DNA of 64,000 nucleotides, from assembly GCA_951406725.2 (NCBI GenBank), contig OX597816.1, positions 95,914,001 through 95,978,000 on the forward strand, given 5' to 3'. The notes under the pieces are model-generated. The model saw nothing but the letters and a program-made list of their open reading frames with translations. It was not told where the DNA came from and made no database searches. The stretch is from Octopus vulgaris. Its lineage: Eukaryota. Below are positions 56,861 through 64,000 of this stretch, piece by piece. Both the position numbers and the translations under genes were made by a program. Position 1 is the stretch's first letter. Every line of letters starts with the position of its first letter.

Positions 56861-57139
56861 CAAAGCAATGAAGTTATTAGATCCAGCAGTTGAGAATGAG
56901 CTATTTCCTTTTTATATAGGGTGTGCTTTTGCTTCTTATTTCGTTGTTGTATCTGTTCGCTGTTACCATTCCAGTAGATGTTTAGTCAAGCTAAACACTA
57001 ATATTAGTGATTTTCTCGGATTTTAAGAAGGAATTTTGTTAGGGCCTTGCAAAAGAATTATTTGAAGTGAAGGACGATTGTGTGCGAGTTTGGCTCGAGG
57101 CTTTGTAGTGTCTAAAACATACTTGAGACCTATAAACAC

Positions 57140-57223
<84 letters not shown>

Positions 57224-57232
57224 GTCTGTCCT

Positions 57233-57263
<31 letters not shown>
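57140..57263. repeat. (ATCT)n/(GTCT)n
   Basis: Visible. Confidence 0.95.
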
Positions 57264-57264
<1 letters not shown>

Positions 57265-58449
57265 ACAATGTACATATATATAAATATAGTATATGTAAGT
57301 TTATATATATATATATATATAACAAAGTGTACGTATGTATATATATATAATACAAAATGGGACATGAACGCAAAATATCCGGACAACTAGGTGATAGAAA
57401 AAGGAACAACAAAACATCCAGATAGACGATACCAAAAAAAACAAGGACGGGTCATTCGAAGTTTTCTATCTTTCAGCCGAAATGGCGAGGATAATCTGGT
57501 TCTTGACTGAAGAGAAGTTGACTGTAGGAGGAGTTAGCTAACAACGCCATAAACAAACACACACCGATTTTCCACATTTGTAGTAGATATGTGTATATTT
57601 TTATGAAGAGTTGAATTTTGATTCGTGGCTATAAAACCCAGTGAATCAATGAAAGCTATATTATTGTATAATATAGTAATACCCAAGAAATCGATTTGCG
57701 ATGAAGCAATTGTAAATTAATGTAATAAAAAGACATTATCTTTGGTAATCATAGTAGAAAATCCGTGGATAAAACAAAACATCTCCAAGTTATTGTATGC
57801 CTGATAGCTTGGACCCGCGATTGACCTTAATAGAACGAACTCCAGGGTTAACACCCGAGTGAAATTATATGTGAGTGTGTGTGTTTGCGTGTAGTGTATG
57901 TGTTTCTTTGGGTGGGTGTGTTTGCTGGAACATCGATCGAAGCTCTTAACCGTTCTCCCTCTCCACCCTTCTGATGGCATAATGCTTAGCAACTTTGGCA
58001 CAATTTCGAAGGCTTTTTAGTGGAAGTTATTCCGAACTGTAAGTTTTGTATACTTCACGTATGTAAATGGTAAATTTGACCTCAGCGCTATTCAAACTAA
58101 GATCACAAATAAATGAAATTATTATCTTTGACAAAATTAGCTAGGTAAAGTCATTTTAATATTAATGTGTCCGAAGTATTATCAAATATGTGATGAATAA
58201 CTAGAAATGAATATTTATTAATGGCTACATCGCTTCTTTCTTGTCTCCATCGAAGGGTCCTTGATAGTAGAATTAGTTGAGAGCCGTATAATATCCCTTG
58301 TGGTCTTCTGTTATGAACCACCATATTCTTAATTAGAATTTTCTTGGCTCGTATTTCGGCATTATGATTAAGACAGAAATAATTATTTATTCATGGCAAC
58401 TACAGGAGAAAATGCTAGATGTTTCTAATTATCTAGCATGTCAAAGTGT

Positions 58450-58662
58450 TACCGTTTAAACACTCATACATTGGCGGCGCATAAGACGCAGTGTCACATA
58501 AGACGTACCCCTATTTTACAAGTATATTTTGTGGAAAAAGCAAATGTAATGTTTTATCATACATTTATACACTCTGTATCCCATTTGTAATACGGTTGCA
58601 TTAGACGCGTAGCAATTTTTTGATAGATAATAAAAAAAGCGCACTTTATACATCGGTATAGC
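58450..58662. mobile_element. possible pogo-type MITE remnant
   Basis: TACCGT start, repeated ATAAGACGCA/ATAAGACGTACCC motifs, CGGTA end. Confidence 0.3.
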
Positions 58663-59460
58663 GCGTACACTAAGACTGACAGAAAATTAAAATTCAGTAC
58701 TCAGTGGAAGAAGACAATGTGGTTGAGATACGTATCACCTTAATTGATGGATTTCCTCAAAACACGTAAAACAACTGCACACAGACCACTCACTGTTTCG
58801 ACACACATTCACTCAAAACTCCAAATTACAGAGAATGAAGCAAGGTATTTAGAATGTAGATTAAAGAAAACATTCAATGGTAAAATGACTAAGTAAATAA
58901 CAAATAAATCGTAAGTAATGGGAATAATATTTGGTAATTAAAACAAAACCAAAAAGAATGAGATTCGATATTTAAATGCATCAAGAACTATTAGAATACA
59001 TGGTAGGAGTAGAAAAAACAGACTTTAGATGTGTACACGAACAAGAATTACTTCAAGCAATTTGTGTACAACTGCACTCGTAGAATGATATAATTTATTG
59101 GACACATGCAAAGGAAATTAAAGAGAAACGACTGAAATGGACAGTACATATTTGAGGTGTTTAGTATTAAATACTTGCACCGCTAGATTAAATTGATTAT
59201 CGCATGTTCATACACAAAAAGTTCAAAAGAAAAATGGTCTTAATAATGAAATTAACTCACTACCTCACTACGATTGTGTACATGCAAGGCACACACATTT
59301 GCGCACAAACGCACTAACACACACAAATATATAATACTTACATGCACATATGTATATAATATATATACATATATCTAGGTAGGTAATTATGTACATATAT
59401 ATATATAAACATGCGTTCACAGATATGTATGTTTATATACATGATATATATATATATATA

Positions 59461-59629
59461 GGCGTAGGAGTGGCTGTGTGGTAAGTAACTTGCTTACCAA
59501 CTACATGGTTCCGGATTCGTTTCCACTGCGTAGCACCTTGGCCATGTGTCTTCTACTTTAGCCTCGGGCCGACCAAAGCCATGTGAGTGTATTTAGTAGA
59601 CGGAAACTGAAAGAAACCCGTCGTATATA

Positions 59630-59715
<86 letters not shown>

Positions 59716-59891
59716 TCCCCCTAACGTCGCATGACAACCGATGGTGGTGTGTTTACGTCCTTATAACTTAGTGGGTCGGCAAAATAGACCGATAGAATAA
59801 GTACTAGGCTTACAAAGAATAAGTCCTGGGGTCGATTTGCTCGATTAAAGGTGGTGCTCCAGCATGGCCACAGTTAAATGACTGAAACAAG

Positions 59892-59894
<3 letters not shown>
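59461..59894 (+). mobile_element. SINE family A, full length, inserted in (TA)n
   Basis: Head GGCGTAGGAGTGGCTGTGTGGTAAG, internal microsatellite, tail GGTGCTCCAGCATGGCCACAGTTAAATGACTGAAACAAG. Confidence 0.9.
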
Positions 59895-59957
<63 letters not shown>

Positions 59958-59959
<2 letters not shown>

Positions 59960-60648
59960 TACAATATAAGGGCAAAAGAAAAAATTCTAATGCCAAATAT
60001 GCCAAAAAAGACAAAAAATTGTCGATTAACCATTATAATATATGCGTCTCGAAATAAACCGATAGAAATTTTTTTTAAATTCGTTATTACCGTATTGGAC
60101 CAATTTCGGAATTAATTCATAAGAATTTTCTCCTCTTCAGCGGCAAATACGCGAGATATAAGTGAAATACTTGGAAAAATCAAACACCAAGTCCTGAGCA
60201 GACCTAAGTACCCCAAATATATCCAAAATAGAAAAACTTCGGCACGTTTCGAGACACGTGTGATTCGAACTAGAAACTTCCACAGAGTGATAGAATCCGG
60301 AAGTGAACACTATTCAAATTTATAACTAATGTAGGATAAAAAAATTTTTTTTGGGGGGGGGGGGGGGATTTCATCAATGGCCAGCATATCAAAAAATTCC
60401 TTTAAATTTTTGTCTTTTTGGGCATATTTGGCATTATAATTTTTTCTTTAGCCCTTATATTGTAAATTATTTATAAATTTAACCTTTAAAGTTATTTTTT
60501 GTCTTTTTTTGGCATATTTGGCATTAGAATTTTTTCTTTTGCCCTTATATTGTAAATTATTTATAAATTTAACCTTTAAAGGTATTTTTTGTTATGCTGG
60601 CCATTGATGAAATGTTTTTTCCGAAAAAAAATTTTGATCCTACATTAG

Positions 60649-60650
<2 letters not shown>
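59958..60650. repeat. complex inverted/direct repeat element between TA tracts, possibly a Penelope pLTR remnant
   Basis: 59958-60020 is inverted at about 60405-60465 and 60495-60555; about 60323-60390 is inverted at 60592-60650. Confidence 0.7.
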
Positions 60651-60687
<37 letters not shown>

Positions 60688-60690
<3 letters not shown>

Positions 60691-60911
60691 TTGCGGCATT
60701 GTTCAGAACGGCATTGTTTTCGTCAGTAAAGTAGATAAAATTTTTTATCAAAGTTGTTTTATATTCTATAATTTTCACAGACAATAAATACGATATTATT
60801 TGTTATTGTCTGAGATTTTGGTGTAATTTGAGAGGGTAATACAAAAGTTATAGATGATTTAGAGATTTACTGACGAAAACAATGCCGTTCTGAACATTTT
60901 GGCCGCAACTG
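60688..60911. mobile_element. Tc1/mariner-type MITE
   Basis: TIRs CAGTTGCGGC..TGTTCAGAACGGCATTGTTTTCGTCAGTAAA and its reverse complement; TA on both sides. Confidence 0.85.
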
Positions 60912-61199
60912 TATATAAACATGCATTTACAGATATGCATGTGTGTCTACATAGATACATTTATATATATATGCAGACTCACATACATAAATGCATAATA
61001 TTTGATATATGCCATTAAGAATCATGCATTGTTTCAATTTTTATGCCTAGTTATAAAACAATGATCTCCACCAACACGAATAGAAAACTACTTTCTTTAA
61101 AAAAAATCAATACAAAGACACAGGTTGTAGTATTCAAATAAAGTATAAAAGTGTTATTGTCTGCAAAAAAGCTTGAAATGGAACCCACCCCCCACAAAC

Positions 61200-61490
61200 A
61201 AATAACCTTGCACTCCGTCTGTTACGACAGCCTGCTCCTGTAATTAACGTGCAAGTAGCCGAGCACTCCATAGGCTCTCAACAGCATTCTCCAAGAGATT
61301 AAGCGTGACACAGAATGTGACAAGACTGGCTCTTTGAAATACAAGTACAACTAATTTTTGTCATTTGAGTGGATTGGAGTAAAGTTAAAGAAAATGCTTT
61401 ATTCATGGGCGCAACTAATCGCCGGGAATCGAGCTAACGACCATACGATCGTGAGCCGAATATCCTAACCGCTAAGCTGTGCGCCTTCCC
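61200..61490 (-). mobile_element. tRNA-SINE (family B-related)
   Basis: Head reverse complement GAAGGCGCACAGCTTAGCGGTTAGGATATTCGGCTCACGATCG; similar to the 40150 copy. Confidence 0.7.
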
Positions 61491-62608
61491 TTAATGATAA
61501 TAAGGTATTACATAAAGTTAGCTATTAGATGATTTATTTGCTGTGCGCACACGTGTGACTGGTGACAGAAGGCGTACAATTAAAAGGATTAATAAAAAAG
61601 TGTTTACAAAATTTTTGAAAACATATGAAAATAAAACAACAAAATCAATACAAATATAAACAATATGAATATTGCAAGTATATGGAGTAGGAAAAGAAAG
61701 GAATATCATTGAAACAGTGAAAAAAATTATATGACGATATATAAAGTAGCAAATGAGATAGTATTCTGAGAAATATCCATTGTAAGATTAAAAGACAAGG
61801 AGAAACTAGAGAATGGGTTCGATGAGTACTGTAATGAAGAACAATAACGCTTTGAAGCTATCAGAAAGTGTTAAGTAAAAATATCACGAGTTAGGTATAA
61901 TCCAGTTAATTAGGTAATAGCATCTTCCAACTTTTTAGAAGGTACTTATGAAAGCGACGGTATTTCGTAAAGGTCTCTGATTTCGTATTTTGATAATATT
62001 CAAATTCATTATGCTTTTTGAGTCAGAAACTCTTCTGAGACATACATAAGCCACTTCATTTGGTCCAATTTCTAAATGCTTTGCATAAAGCGACATTACA
62101 TCGCTTGAAATTGAAATCGGTTGCAAGTTCATTCAGATTCCATATATATATACACTTTGCATCTTCCTTTCTGTTTATGCGAATGTAGAAATATTACTGA
62201 AGTAACGATTTTTAAAATTTTCGTTAATAAGCTTCATATATACATAAATACACAAATGGTATATGAAAATAATTTAATATATATATATTTGTGTTTTTAA
62301 TATATTTATGGTTTTTAATATATATTTATGTTCGATTTATGATAATATGGGAACGTTAAAGTTGTTTTGACCAATTAGAGCATTTATTCATTATACCTTT
62401 CAATTTATTTTTACATACCTACCTACCTAACTAACCTACCTGCATACATACATACATCCATCATACATACATACATGCATACACGCATGCCACCCAAATT
62501 ACTTACTCTTGTAATGTAACAAGCAGAACCATTACATAGTGCATAAATATATATGTACAGAGGAAAGTAACTTAGCAACGTCATTTTAATCAGACCACTG
62601 CTTTCAAT

Positions 62609-62645
<37 letters not shown>

Positions 62646-63350
62646 ATCAGTTTGTCTGTCTGTCTCTATGTCTATCCGTCTGTCTGTCTGTCTGTCTATG
62701 TATCTCTCTCTCTATCAGTCTGTCTGTTTCCCTATCCATTATATATAAATATATATAGAGACACACACACGCACATACACATGCGTACATGAATACATAC
62801 TTGCACTCTTACACATATGCGAACAGAATGCGAATAAAAGCATCCATTTAGAGAGAAATTGTAAGAATACTGATTTCAATAGGAAGCGGATGATCAGTGA
62901 GTGATGTAAACTTCATAGAAATAGAAATATAACATTATGAAATAGGTTTAGCTGAGAACAGTGTCAGAAAAATAAAACTTCAAGATGTCTACAACAAGCT
63001 GATCTTTACAAACTGACGCCACTAGGATATGTACTCCAAACAAACTTGAATATCATACACCCATCTAATTAATACCTTATTCTCTTTAACTCTGTCAGAG
63101 GTATTGGCTTCTCTCTAATGTATTCAGTATCATTCCATTCTCCAATACTACACAACGAGAAGTCTTCGACTTTATTCATCCAAGGGATTTTTAAGCTAAT
63201 ATTCTACATACTGTGATTTATAGTTTCATCTACTATGAGTTCCGGAGTTGAAGACGAGTGACTTCAGATAGCTCAAGTCTCTAAATTCTAATGGTGTAAA
63301 CAATACATACATACATTCAAACACACACAGATACCCCCCCCCCACACACA

Positions 63351-63389
<39 letters not shown>

Positions 63390-63479
63390 GCACAAACACA
63401 TACCCACACATTGTAAATGAATCTTCATCTATTTCGATAGTTGGAGATCCAGTTGTTCAATCAGTAAAATTATCTGCTC

Positions 63480-63736
63480 ATCGCACTCACAATCTTGAGA
63501 TCGTGATTTCGATACTCAGATCGGCTGCGTGTTGTGTTCTTGAGCGAAACACTTCATTACAGGTTACTCTACTCTGCTGTAAATGGGTAACCCTGCGACA
63601 GGCTATCCCTTCGATCAGTGGAATGTTGGCCGGCTCGTCTAGCCAGCGGAGTGGCATCATCCAGAAGCTAAAACGATACAAAAGTGCATTGTGACCAGTG
63701 ATGTAAAACAACATCCAATAATCTAGTCCATCCACA

Positions 63737-63740
<4 letters not shown>
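63480..63740 (+). mobile_element. decayed SINE (family B-related)
   Basis: GCGTGTTGTGTTCTTGAGCGAAACACTTCATT shared with the 5921 copy. Confidence 0.6.
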
Positions 63741-63789
<49 letters not shown>

Positions 63790-64000
63790 CATTTACATAT
63801 ACACACGCACGCACACACACCTATTCTTGACCCGTTGGGTCACCGGTGAAGTCTAAGTTTCCCAACAACGGAGTTTTGTTTCGTGGAATTTTTTTCTTTT
63901 CCATGTTATTTCGCATGCTTTCAACGAATGTGACATCAAAATCACACGTAAACAGCTCCTTTCACCAGAAAAGTAAAGGTTTGGCTGCTATTTCTTGCAC

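Overview
AT-rich eukaryotic non-coding DNA (intronic or intergenic) dominated by microsatellites and transposable elements. The SINE/LINE repertoire and very long (TA)n, (CA)n and (TATG)n tracts look like a cephalopod, probably Octopus, genome; this is an inference. No host protein-coding gene is recognisable, and most ORFs in the track are microsatellite artefacts. Retroelements: a nest of R4/Dong-type LINEs in (TAA)n (7.3-15.1 kb, with a ~1.8 kb tandem duplication), another decayed R4/Dong at 27-30 kb, an RTE-BovB LINE with a 5' inversion and 13-bp TSD (31.3-34.4 kb), three CR1-group LINEs (38-46.7 kb, one nearly intact), Penelope GIY-YIG remnants with hammerhead-ribozyme motifs, and at least three tRNA-SINE families. 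DNA elements: hAT, piggyBac, Tc1/mariner and MULE/Merlin-like MITEs or remnants. Most notable: (1) a CR1 insertion carrying a perfect 135-bp inverted copy of its own downstream flank inside its TSD; (2) a covarying 3' stem-loop shared by the dominant SINE and the CR1 LINEs; (3) the twin-primed RTE; (4) a minimal dimer-type hammerhead at 48560; (5) a 32-bp SINE head reiterated through the giant TA arrays. Coordinates of decayed elements are approximate.
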